DNA from: Auanema rhodensis
Taxonomy: Eukaryota; Animalia; Nematoda
Reading direction: 5' to 3'
DNA: 64,000 bases
NCBI GenBank assembly: GCA_964057225.1
Contig: OZ059897.1
Coordinates: 12,214,001 to 12,278,000 of the forward strand
Positions 1-13,187 of this stretch are shown here, piece after piece (within the stretch, counting starts at the first letter, position 1; every line of letters starts with the position of its first letter). The notes below the pieces were generated by a model. It worked only from the letters and a program-made list of their open reading frames with translations, was not told where the DNA came from and did no database searches. The position numbers and the translations under genes were made by a program.

Positions 1-11
1 GAGGGAAATAA

Positions 12-38
<27 letters not shown>
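12..38. repeat. (GA)n microsatellite
   Basis: Pure GA dinucleotide run. Confidence 0.95.
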
Positions 39-43
<5 letters not shown>

Positions 44-1249
44 AAAAGTAAAGACGTAATATTAAAAAAAAAAGAAAAATGAGAGGGAGATTCAAAAGTG
101 AATGACTTAACATTATCAAACTTTCATACGCATGAATTTGTTACAAAAACTTGAAAAAAATGACTTCACAGATCAATTGAAACTAATATTAAAAACCTAA
201 TGAAAGCATTTTTTTAATTTTCAATATATTTGAACAAATCAAATACTCGGACGAAAAGTCAGAAATTGGACATGTATACTCTCCAAGTTCTTCTTTGCCT
301 CTCTCACTCTATAAACTTCCGGTCTACTGTCCATCAAGCTAAACTGAGATCGCATGACATCACTTTAACAAATAAAGCTATGATCTGAACCTGACGAGAA
401 TGTTGGGAAAGGAAAAGTATGGAAATAGGCTAGAAGTGATCTAGCTTCAGAGTTTGAAAAAGGCGGAAACGAATCTTCACAACATTCATCATTTTGATTT
501 AATTCGATCATTCTATGATGGTCAGTGTTAAAAAAAGCTTTCTGAGCTGATTTACTTAAATTTCTTCACACCCACATCCTCCCTCACGTTTTATCATCTC
601 AAATTATCTCTGTTATACTTCCGGCAAAGGAAAAAAAAAACTTATTTTAGTCTCTAGAGAATCCTAATATTGTCAATTGGTCAAGTTATAGACTCTTTGA
701 TGACATCATTGTAGCATAATTCTCCATCATCATCGAATATAATATCAAATCGTCTTTGAATCATAATACTAGTTCTAATTTTGGTTGGATGGATTATGAA
801 CTACGTTGGAACATCCATATAAAATTTAATTTGCCAACTCCCACAACTTTTCGTCTATTTTAGAAAAAAATGGTTTAGTAATATATATATATATATATAC
901 ATTCAATCAAAAATCACCAGAAGGTCTATTCTAAATAGCTAAACCTACTCATGCAATGAATGGAAGTCATATGCGTTTCCTATTGTTTATAACAAAAAAA
1001 AACGCTGAAAATACTAAAAATATATAACTTTATAGAGCATTAATGACGTATGTAGCTTTAACTATTGCATCATCATAACAAGAATATAGTTAGTCCAAAG
1101 GATTTAAAGAAAAAAAAATGCAAAGCAAGCCAATTGCACGCATGCTAATAATGTCATTGTGAATTATATAATATTCAATAATTTTTAGATTTTAATGTAC
1201 TGTAAGGGGATATGTCTATATTCTATATGAAGCGTCTGCTGTGCTTTCG

Positions 1250-1771
1250 CAAAGCAGTGAGGCCCAAGCGTTGTCATGCAACAACGCTATTCTTCTGTTT
1301 TTGAGCTCATTTAGAGCTTCAATCACTACACTGAGCCTTCTGAGTTGTTTAGAATAATGTGCTTTATCTATGGTTTTACCGTAAGGTAAGATCTCATAGA
1401 AGAGAACTCCGCTTTCGTTTCAGAAAACGGACTGAAGTGCCTTTTTAGCTGAATTTTACAGCAGATCTGGACTTGGATGATCTTCGAGATCGATCTCGCC
1501 GGTTTTGAAGCTTCTAAACTACTTCTTATCAAAAGTGTCTTTGGCAGAAACTTCTTTATTAAAATTATAAAGAAGAGTGTAGTTCATAGGAGGAATATCT
1601 ATAACGAAAACGAGAAACAAAAAAAAGTTTTTAAAGTTATTTTATATTTTTATAATATTTAAAACTATTTTAATTTTTTAATTTTAATATCTTTTTAAAA
1701 TAATTTTGTAAAATTAGCATAAAATTTTGAATTTTTCAAAAGGTGCAGCGAATCAATGCAACCACCTAATA
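1250..1771 (-). mobile_element. Degenerate, internally deleted mariner (Tc1/mariner) transposon with one terminal inverted repeat
   Basis: One minus-strand frame reads FNKEVSAKDTFDKK*FRSFKTGEIDLEDHPS (mariner helix-turn-helix WFxxFKxGxxDLED, Trp now a stop), then KKALQSVF*NESGVLFYEILPYGKTIDKAHYSKQLRRL...RRIALLHDNA followed by a frameshifted PH (mariner catalytic segment ...WDxxGVxxYELLxxGxTI...Y..QL..L and HDNARPH). TA-TTAGGTGGTTGCA... at 1771 going down resembles mariner TIRs (TA-TTAGGTTGGTGCA). No matching second TIR seen. Confidence 0.88.
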
Positions 1772-4700
1772 TACACATTATTAGAAATATGTATTAATAT
1801 ATATGCAGATTCATAAATGTTTCATTTCATTCGCTCTAAAACTATTTTCCTAAATTACTTCCAAATTTTCTGAATAGCTTACAAGTTTTTTTTTCAAAAT
1901 TACAAATAGCACATATTTGTATGGAAATACATGTTTGAGTGTAATTGATGAAGGTAGAAGTCCCGGAAGTCCTTAGTATTCTGTCCACTCTACTGATGGA
2001 AAGTGGATTTATCTACCAAAGGCCATGATGAATTAGAAAGATGAAGATGCCTGAATTTTTTAGCATTTCAACAAACTGATGTCTACTACGCAAAAAAAGA
2101 GCAAAAAAGGAAAGAGAAAGGAAATAAATTTTTTTGTTTCTTTTATGATGAATGAGTAAGATAAACTACTCTATATTTAGCATAGCTTTAACTATATGCA
2201 CATAAGTTATAATGCTCTATTTTTCTCTCGTGCTAATATCAAATAAAAGTTATAATAACCTAATGTGCGATATCCACATTAGTAATAATAATATATGTAT
2301 ATATACATAGATATCAATATATGAATATATTTTTTAAAATTCTTATTTATATATTTATAAATCAAGGGCAGCAAACCGAAAAAATATATCAGTGTTTAGT
2401 TGTTGTTGTTGATTAACAATATATATATATATATAGTTATATATAGTTATATAGATATATACATATATTTATATAGCAAACTATATATATATATATTAGT
2501 ATAAAATTAAATATTTTATAAATATATATATAATATATAATATATGTTCAAAAACTATATAGTTAAATTAATTTTAATGAATAATACCATTGAATATATT
2601 ATTATTATTATCGCATAGGAGAAGCAGCATCAGATTATTTGAAGAGTATAACATATGATTATGCTCCTATTAAGGAATTATGCAATAAAGTTTTGTTGAT
2701 TTCGGGTTATTTATCTCTGCTTACTATATATATATATATATATAGTATTATATGTACATATATATTTATCACTATATATATATATATAATACTATATAAT
2801 ATATATTTTTCAAAGCAATGAAAAAAAATTATTTGTGTTTCCAGATTCCTAAATTTTTGCATATTAGGTCTGATAATCAATTTGCAACGAATGAGAAATT
2901 ACAAGGAAATAACAAAGTAAGACTATTAAGTCATCAAAAAAATATTTTCTGTCTCGAAAAACATTTTCTACATACGTTTGCTGTTTTTTTTTTGATTTGT
3001 AAGAAGAAATAATAGATAATTTATTATGAATGCTATTCACAGAATAGTCATGATTTTTTATAAAAATGTGGTATATGTTTTGACTGCAAATAATTCATTT
3101 ATTTTGCAAGGTTCTTATCATTTTATCAAAAGTTGCTTGCTATACGGTTTTTGATGTGATGCTCTCATTTGGATTTATATGAAGAATCACAGAAAAAAAG
3201 AACAAAAAACCGACAAGGGAAAATGAACGTAGAATATTCAACGTATACATAGGTCAGAAGCACAAAAGTCGTTCGAATAATTTCAGAAGCATTGCCGTCG
3301 TAATGTAAATTTTGATCTATGATCTTCAAAATTTCACGCGTCGTTGTTCGTATTTGAACAAGTTTTCTGCCTGAATCCAGGTGGACCATGCACAGAATAG
3401 ATATAACTTAAAATGAAGCTACGAGCTGCAGAAGAAAGCAATAAAAGTGAATAATAAGAAAGGTTAAGCTAAAAGGGTTAGACATAGAGCTTGCTGGAAA
3501 GAAGACAAACCAGTGAAGGATGAGACAAGAACTATGAACTAGTCAGATGGCCGACATAGTGGGATGAGGGATGAATTGTTAAAATTTAGAAAGAAATTGC
3601 TAAGGGACGGCAATCACTATAATGAGCTTTATACTAAAAATATTTTTTTTGCCCATTATATATACAACGATTTCTAAATTATTTTATTTTTTTATATTCT
3701 ATGTCATCTATCTAGATAACCTTTCTATTTCAATTATGTGATGTCTTCTGTATGCACTTTTATACATACGACGTATGTACATATATGTAGATTACCGGAT
3801 ATTTAACTATATAATTATATAATTATATATATATATATATAGATAAATATATAAATATATATAAATATGACTGTATATTAGCCAACCACATATAGCTAAA
3901 TATATATAGTTTTTTAAATTGTATTATAATTATAAAAACTAGTGACATCATCATGTTATTTTTGGTTTTGAAACATCTGAATTATCTTCTGAACGCCTAC
4001 CAATTGAAATTTTAAAAAATCAGTTTGCATGTGTATGCTGTACGATATTTATGGTTAGACGTATAGCTTATGCATGAAAACTCTTCGGCTTTGTCTATTT
4101 TCATATTTTCTCATTTCAGGGAAATTATTAATTTATTTCCAACGTTTTCTCCAACACTTCAATAAGGAATTACAAACATATACAGATTTCCTTGTTTGTG
4201 TACTTATTGTGATTTCCGCTTGATTTTACAAATCATTTCAATTTTTTTTCCAAATGGCTGTGCTCTAATCATAATCTCAATCATTCATAGTAGAAAATCA
4301 TAACAATGTTTTTTTTTCATTGTATCATTGCAAAAAAAAAAAAAAAAGAAGAAGAAAAAAAAGAAAATTAATGTAAAGGAACTTCGGTTGAAATACGAAG
4401 TTGTTATAATTAACAAAATAAAAAATATTATTTATATATATGTTAATGAATATTTGAAAGATAGCGTAACAGGAAATAAATTTTTACAAAATTAACAAAA
4501 AAAAATATTTTGTATTAAAAGAAAAGGTTTTATACAAAATACTTTTCTATAATATGTATGTATAAACATTGAATATGTACATACTTTGTAAATACATATT
4601 GATGAACTATATATAGTAAATATATTTTATTTTTGATTATAGATATCTATCAAATTTCCGGAAATCAAATTTAGTTATTAGAGTTCAGTACAAGTTAAGA

Positions 4701-5355
4701 ACTTGTGTTATATAACCTTCTATATCATATAAATAAATATAAAAGTATAATAATCATTATTAACTATGAATTAATCTTAAATTTAATAAAATATATTTAA
4801 ATTTATCATATCTTATCTTGAACAAATCAACACAATAAAGTATTATATTTTTATTCCTCTTTTTACAGTATACATATATAATATATACTATATTTACATA
4901 AGTTAAAATGAAAATATAGTTATATTTTGGATATATTTCAATTAAAATTCGATAACTACTTACTATTACAAGATATAAATGAAGATTTAATTTATATAAA
5001 TGTTTACAAGTTAACATAAACCTAATATAGTATAAGGATAAAGTATTATTTCATATTATAATAATGACTTATTATGTTTTTCAACCTTTTTATCAGAAAA
5101 ACAAGAAAAACGACCGTCAAACTGATGACGAAATCAACTTAATTCTTACTTCTCTTCCGCGTTGGCTGCCTATTTTCGGACAAAGTGAGCAAAAAAAACG
5201 ATATTTTGTGCTGTTAGGAACACAATTCAACTATTTGAGAATTGATTAGTTGGGTTTATCATTATGAGTATGTGATTAAGGTGAATCGAGATCAGAAGCT
5301 TTGGTTACAACAAGATTTAAACAACAAAAGAATATTTCTTATTTCAAAATAAACT

Positions 5356-8300
5356 TTAATGTTGTTTTTGGACTAACTTGTAGTATAAGCCTTTACGAGC
5401 TAACAAGCTTTTATGTGTTCCTTGTTCTATTACAGCTCCATCGCGGCATACGGCTATTATGTCAGCGTTCTAAAGTTCAAACTTTAATATTAAAGAAGGC
5501 TATACTCTGATATCGTCACCTGAATAGTTGATAAACGATGTGCGATGACCACACAAGTTCTACCTTGTCGAGCTCTGTCAAGTGCTTCTTGGACAACCTT
5601 TAATAATCATTTATATACAAACGTATTGAATAAATATTAATAAGAAAAAAACTAATACCTTTTCACTCTCACTATCCAAAGCTGAGGTAGCTTCATCTAA
5701 CAGAAGAATTCTTGGATTTCTTACAATAGCTCTAGCAATTGAAATTCTTTGCTTCTGACCACCAGATAGACGACCACCTCTACTACCAACCAAAGTATTG
5801 TATCCCTGTAAAATCATAATGATATAATAATTCAATCTGTCTGGTTATAACCTCAGGAAGTGAGATAACAAATTGATGAATATTAGCTAGTTGGGCGGCT
5901 TTTTCAATTTCTTCTTGAGGACAATCATCAAGACCATAAGCAATATTATCTCTGAATATTAAGATATTTTATAAAAAAAGATTTAAAAAATGAAAAAAAC
6001 CTGATTGAAACATTGAAAAGCACAGGTTCTTGTCCAACAAGTGCCATATGATCACGAAGATGTCTAATAGATAAATCTCTTATATCACAATTGTCAACCG
6101 TCTAAAATAATATATTTTTTTAAATATTTTATAGAATAATTATTTATATTCAATAATAATTAATATAAAAATCTTACCACCATACCACACAATGGATCGT
6201 AATATCTTTCCAACATTTGTATAATAGTACTTTTACCACAACCAGATGGTCCAACTAATGCTAAAGTTTGACCGAACTTCACAGAAACATTCATTCCATT
6301 CAAAACTAATGCTCGACGTCTGGCTGGATATGAGAAATAGACATTACGAAGAGCAACATGCCCCTTGATTTCCTGCAATTATAAGCATATTTCTCAATTT
6401 AATATTAATAATATTATAAAATTATAATAAATGCAAAATGTGTATATGGATGAAAGCTCTTGCATTCAATAAATCAAACAACTAAATATTCAAATTTGAT
6501 TATCTTATAGTTGAAAAAGTTTTTCATGAATTTGTTCAAAACTTACAGGAATATCTCCAACATGAGACATGTTATCAATTCTCGATTCTTGTCTCATCAT
6601 AGCAAATAATACTCCTGCTGATATACGTGCACGTACATATTCTGGAAAATATGAAGCAGCTGCCATAACGGATACAGAAGCCATGTTAAGAGCTTCAATA
6701 ACTCTAAAAAGAAAAAGAAAAATATGAGAAATTGAATGTAATTGATTGAACTTACTGGAATACAATGAAAGGTGTTGACCAATTATTTTTGATGAGCCAC
6801 AATCCGAACATATAAGCAACAGCAAAATTCCACAGAACGAAACTATTAGATAATGCAACAGATAGTGATTGCCAGAATCCTTAAACGATAACTTAAGAAG
6901 GAGTCTATGAGACTTTAGAATACCTCTGACAATAGCACGACGATGGGGTTCTTTTGAAGCAACTTTGAAGCCATTAACAATATAATTTTGTTTGTTCAAT
7001 GATTGAATACATTTTAAGTTTAATACAGTGTCTGCTACTATCTGATATCATATAATTTGAATATTTCTCATAAATACAAATTCTTACTCTACTAGCTTCA
7101 AGTGCTGATTCAACATCTTTCTGGCCTCGTATTTTCAAATATTGTGTTACAGCACTTTGCAATGCGACTGAATTGAACTTCCGTATTATTATCTATACAA
7201 GTTATCTTCTAACCTAAGATTAATGCAGTTGCCAGCCCAATTGGAGCCATGTTCCATCCGTAGCAGAATGCAACTACAATTCCAGCAATTAAGCTTGATA
7301 AGCCTTGCAAAACTTCTGATAATCTTTGATCAATCGCCTAAGATGTACAATTATCTTGTTTTCATACAGCAAAACTGTTCTTACCGCTTGAACGTTTGGT
7401 GCGTCAGTAGCAAGTCGAGAAGTAAGAGATCCTACTGTATGCTTGACATCATCAAAATATGCAGCATCTTGTTTTAAAACATTCTGAAAATCATATGTAT
7501 TTAAGATCAGAACACTGTTTTGATTTTTGAAAATACTTTGTAAACAGCCATTCTCAATCTCATTGACATTTTTTCTCCAGCAATACCAAACAAAGCACCC
7601 GAAAAGAAAGTCGAAGTTCCAGCTAATAAGGCTAGTCCTACAAATGCCCAAGCAATACCAGCCACAGATGTTTCACTATTTGCATTAGCTAATATCTGTA
7701 AGAAAAAAAATGATTATGATTATATTATTTGTTTCAAAATAAGAAGTTGAGATTTACCAAGAAAAATTTTCCGTAAAGAATAGAGAATAATGGCCATCTT
7801 AAGCCACGGATGAGTGCCATTATAAATCCAACAATAGCACCAGGAAGTTCCTATAAGTTAGAAGTTATATACAAACAATTTTAATTTATATCTTACAGGT
7901 TTTGCAAAACGGAATATATCTAATAAAGAAGCTTCCATAGCTCCTTCTTCATTAAGCTCATCTCTCGCACTATAAATAAAATACTATACGTATAATACAT
8001 AATAATTATATATAATATATATATTTTTTAAATAAAAATAATATAAAATTTATATAAATATAGGGACTAGTGAGAGAATTAGTTCATTACTTACTCATCT
8101 AATTGCCATCCAGTTTCTTGAGATACAGCACTTATCATACTAATTCTTAAACGTTCTGTTTGAATATCAATCTCTTTGCGTGAAATTCGTTCAACTTCTC
8201 CATAACCAGACGATCGTACAAAACCACGACGAATCTCGCTTGGATCTACGTCTATATATAAATAAAAACTTTAAACAAAGGAATAGCGAACTAATATTAA

Positions 8301-11263
8301 AACTAAATGCATTTGCAATAATCTATATTCACCATCAAGAGTTGTATCATCCTCAGCCTGCTCAACTTCTTGCATTCTAACCATTTGAACATATATTCCA
8401 TTTTCATCTTCCATTAATTCTTGATGTGTTCCTTTAACACAAAAAATTCACGTAAATTATAAGCTTATTCTGATAAAAAACCTTTTTGAATAATAGCTCC
8501 ACTTTCAAAAACAAAAATTTGGTCAGCATTTCGGACTGTTGATAAACGATGTGCAACACATATAGTTGTTCTTCCTTCTCTCGCCTAAATCGTATAATCT
8601 TCTTCCGTGTACTGCTATTGTATTATAATATTTTTATAGTTTGTATGTTACTACAACTTAGAATTATAAATATAAATTTAAATAAAACTCTTAAAAATAT
8701 TCAGTAAATGAGATAATACTGACGTTATCATAAATATTATTTTTTTGATGTTGGGAATCATATTAAATAGTCTTCTAACTTATGAAAAAATATAATTTAA
8801 TTCAATACTTACCTTGTCTAAAGCATTTTGAACAACCTGTTCACTTTCTGTATCTAAAGCTGATGTTGCTTCATCCAACAACAGAATCTTTGGCTTTCTT
8901 GCAAGAGCACGAGCAATAGCAATTCTTTGTTTTTGACCGCCTGAAAGTTGAACGGCACTCTCTCCAATAACTGTATCAAAACCCTGAACATTTTTCTTAA
9001 AATATAATTTTCGGAGGGAAACGATACCTCTGCAAGCTTTTTGATGAAATCTAGAGCATTGGCTTGACGACAAACTTCTTCAATGTCTTCATCAGTCATG
9101 GATGTATCACCCAATCTGAATAAATAAAAGATTATATTGTTTTTTAATATCGTTTTACCTAATATTTTCAGCAACTGTTCCATAGAATATAACAGGATCT
9201 TGTTGTACAACTCCAATTTTCTCTCTTATCCATTGAATATTATAATCAGAAATTGGTACATCATCTAATAATACCTTAAATTTCAAATTATTTGAAAAAA
9301 CTTTAATATAATATTCATACTGTTCCAGCATCTTGCTCATAGAAACGTTGTAAAATTCCAAGAATGGTTGACTTTCCGCAACCTGATGCTCCAACAAGAG
9401 CTACAGACTGACCAGGACGAACCTTAATAAAGAAATTGCTCTAATTATAAAATAATAATTACTAACTTCCAATGATATTCCTTTTAATATCTTTACACTA
9501 GGTCTGCTTGGATAAGCAAATTCTATGTTTGTAAAACTCAAATGTCCTTCAATGCTTTCAGGTTTTTTACCATTTTCAGATTCACAATTGATATCTGGTT
9601 TCTAGAAAAAATTTAATTTAATATTCAGAATGATAATACTTACTCGATCAATTACTGATAACATTTGTTGTAAAGCTAATTTAGCTGACATGATTGAACC
9701 CAATTGTGGAGCTGCAGCGCTTAATCTTAAGGTTCCAATAATAACTGCCCAAAAAACTCCAAATATAGTTCCTGGCTTTATGATACCTTCAACAACCAAC
9801 TTAGTTCCATACCTTAAGCATTGTTTAAATTTATTTTTTTATACTTCGATCGTGATATACCAAAAGCCTACAGCCATAGTTGCAAACATTAAAGCCAAAG
9901 GTACGGCAGCGAAAACTGAGTTCACATATGCTTTACGAATTCCAAGATTACGAGCTTGTTTCAACTGTGTTTCATATCTATAATTAATATTTGTTTTTTT
10001 AAAATCATTAACTATGAAGATGAAGCGTTATCAGTGATCTTCAAAACAAGTTCAAATGTTTCCGGGGCTCTTGTTAGCATCCAACTATCTTTAGTCACAA
10101 ATGACGTGACCAGTTTTTGTTTCAATATTGCTCTTATCATAATGAAATAGCTTGCCTATTGAATTCAAATGGTTGAGCATTGAAAGCCATAACTGTTCGT
10201 ATTCCAGCAATAACTTCTGTAGCTAATGCTCCTGCCTCAGCATATGCTGACATTTCCGATTTTGAAGCTCGACTTAATAACTGAAATCATTTGGATGTTT
10301 CCTGTTATCTGTAATAGACAGCTTACTCGTCCAGATATTATCATGGAAGCAGATAATAAAGGCACACAGATCATCATAACTAAAGTCATTTGCCAACTAG
10401 AATTTGTTAATATTTTAAAGATATATTAACTGATTTAAGCATACCAAAGTGAAAAACCTACGGCTAAGCCCGAAATGAATGTTGCTACACCTCCTGCTAT
10501 AATACCCAATTTATCTCCATACCCATCTTTTATGCGTTCGATTCCACTAAAATGATGAAAATGATGAAATATTAGGTTTCATATCTTGTAGTCAAACCTA
10601 GTCATTCGTTGGGTAAGTGCTCCAGTTTGTTGTTGATCAAACCATGTCATATCTTGACGCATAACACCTCGAAGATATAGTTGGCGGAATACATGAACTC
10701 TTCGTTCACATAAACATAAAAGTGAAGCATTCTATAATTAATAATAAAAATAAAAAAAAAATAAAAAAATAATATAACTTACACCTATATATGATGCTGC
10801 AAATATAATTAAACCAAGTAAAAAATATAATAAACAATAATTAAGAACTTCAGAAGAGAAGTATGGATAATCAAATGTGCCGGAAGTATAATTCGCTTGA
10901 CCTTCCATAAGAATATTTGTGATTCCTATAAAGAAATATGATTAAATGCTAATAAATTATATATTTTATATGTATAAACCTTGAAATATAACAGAATTAA
11001 ATGGTAATAATGCTCCATTACATATACTGAATATGATACCAGCCAACAAAAGAATCCAATCCAAACATGATGAATATCGCATCTTAAAATATTTTTATTT
11101 AAAAAATTAATTTTAACGAATAAGAAAATAAAATAATAATAATAATAATAATAATATATTATATGAAATAACTAACCACAGCGAAAAACGATATTTTAGG
11201 AAGATCTTTCTTTTTAGATGTTTCATCAACATCATCTTTATGATTCCCCAGACCAAACTTCAT
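5356..11263 (-). CDS. pgp-3: Full-length ABCB P-glycoprotein, pgp-3/pgp-4 clade; 32 coding exons
   Basis: Spliced by hand from [11 protein letters not shown]... (ATG 11263) to ...YYKLVQKQH* (stop 5356-5358). Two TMD-NBD halves: Walker A GASGCGKS and GPSGCGKS, two [14 protein letters not shown] signatures, two [11 protein letters not shown] Walker B/D-loops, two AHRLST H-loops. Segments such as [32 protein letters not shown] and [30 protein letters not shown] match my recollection of C. elegans PGP-3/PGP-4; exact orthology needs a tree. Confidence 0.93.
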
Positions 11264-11288
11264 CAGTGATTATTTTAAAAACTAATTT

Positions 11289-11295
11289 CTGAAAA
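11289..11295 (-). promoter_or_regulatory. Probable SL trans-splice acceptor (TTTTCAG) of the P-glycoprotein gene
   Basis: Perfect nematode acceptor consensus 25 nt upstream of the ATG with no intervening ATG. Confidence 0.6.
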
Positions 11296-13129
11296 TATGA
11301 TATAACTAACTATATACATAAACATATAATTTATATACAAACATATATATATATATATATATAAATAATAGAAATCCTTTTTTTGTGTTTAATTTCAAAG
11401 AAATGAAAATAATATGCGGCATGGAATCGTCAATGCTTTGCATTTTAACTGTTTTCAACGAGTTATATATTCAATACGTTATAGTTAATGATATACAGTT
11501 GTGAGTATAATAAATCTAGTATTAGTTGAAAAATACATGATATATCTAAACATTTAGATAAATATCAAGCAGAGTAAAATAAAAGAAGTAACGTACGAAC
11601 TCACTTTTTAACCAATTTTATATGCAGGAAGAGATAATTCTGTATCGATAATATGGTGATATGACGAGAGTTCATTCTCTTCTTCTTTAACGTTGAATAC
11701 AAAGCGCTACAAACATCATCAAACCAATGGGTTCATTTTCAAATATCCCCTTATCAGTTGTTCAAAAAGCTATGAGCTATTCCACACAAAATACAAATTC
11801 TGATCAGGAACATATACATAGATTATCAACTTTTTTTTCTCTTTCTCTATTGCTCTCTTTCTCTCTCTCTATTGCTCTCTTATGAAAAATGATGAAATTA
11901 AAATTATTAATAGGATAACAAGTTAGAAATCAACGAAACTACACCCCAAGAATACAACGTTTTATTTGATTATTTTCTGCTTTTGTTATAGTTTTTCATA
12001 TCATTAGTTCTTTCTTTTTTTCTCATTTTTTTAGTTCAAAAATGAATTCTAGTTATCATTAAATTATTTTATTTTTTAATCAATTATATTTAATTTTCTA
12101 AAATTTTAGCTTTAATCTATAATTGTCTTTTATATAATATTATTAATAAAAATTAATAAAGTATTTAATATAAATTATTTTTAGTTAATGATTTTATAAA
12201 AAAATTTATTTTAGCGTTTTAATTTATAAAAAAATTATTAAAATAATACGATTCTAATTGTTATATAGTATAAGGCCATAGGTATCTATCTACATATGGA
12301 CATAATAACATTCTCATCTTATAATTATTGATTTGTGGTAAAGCTCAAATATATTTTTAATTGATATTAATTCAAATTTATCGTTAACTATATGTATATT
12401 ATGTGAATAATTAATGTTTATCCATTTATTTTCTTTTTATATTCTTGCATATAGCTTTATATTCTTTATAAACTGAAAAAAACTGATATAATTGACAAGG
12501 TGATGACGTAGATTTTGGTTACAGAAGATGGCATGAATGCGTGTTCAGTTGCTTGCCTTATTGGCCTTTAATGATTCAGAAACAAGAAACTAGTGTGACG
12601 TCAGCAGTAGTAGATAGATAGGGTAGGTAGAATTTATTGTTTGTAACGTCTTCTTCATTATAAATGTTTTTCATCAATTTATCTTTTGTTATTTTTACAA
12701 TTTTTCTGCTGATTCTTAACTTACTTCCTTCTTTAACATTTCTTTCTTTAAAAATTATATTCAGCATAGTTAACTGAATTGAATAAAACTGATCAAAAAT
12801 TTCTGAAAATTCCAAAAGAAATGAGTGAAAGAGAGAGAAACTTTCTCATCCGGCTGACCGGCTTCATTGCGTGTGAAACGAAAAGGATTTAACACCTGGT
12901 CCATTAAGTAGATGGACAAGCCTGCCTTATCCTTTCCATTTAGCTGTCAGTTCACCTTAAATGGGTCAATCGCTTATCCGAAGCCAAAGATCCAGCTTGA
13001 GCTTCAGTACACATAACGCATTTTGGTATGTTTCTACATTTTGGCAGGTGTATCAATAAATATTGAAAACTATTGGATTGTTTGATCATTTTGTTATTAA
13101 AATTATATTTTTCTTCCCCCTCTCTCTTT

Positions 13130-13135
<6 letters not shown>

Positions 13136-13180
<45 letters not shown>

Positions 13181-13187
13181 TCTCTCT
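13136..13187. repeat. (CT)n microsatellite
   Basis: CT run; it generates the spurious ORFs 12952..13275 and 13073..13282. Confidence 0.95.

Noticed and set aside
5122-5133. CTGATGA-CG-AAA hammerhead-like core
   Set aside because: No room for stem II and no flanking stems I/III.
6505-6999. 164-aa ORF as an independent gene
   Set aside because: It is P-glycoprotein exons read through short introns in mixed frames.
12500-12605. GTGATGA box-C-like start (snoRNA?) and TGACGTCA CRE palindrome
   Set aside because: No canonical CTGA box D, terminal stem or recognisable guide; a single CRE is not enough evidence.
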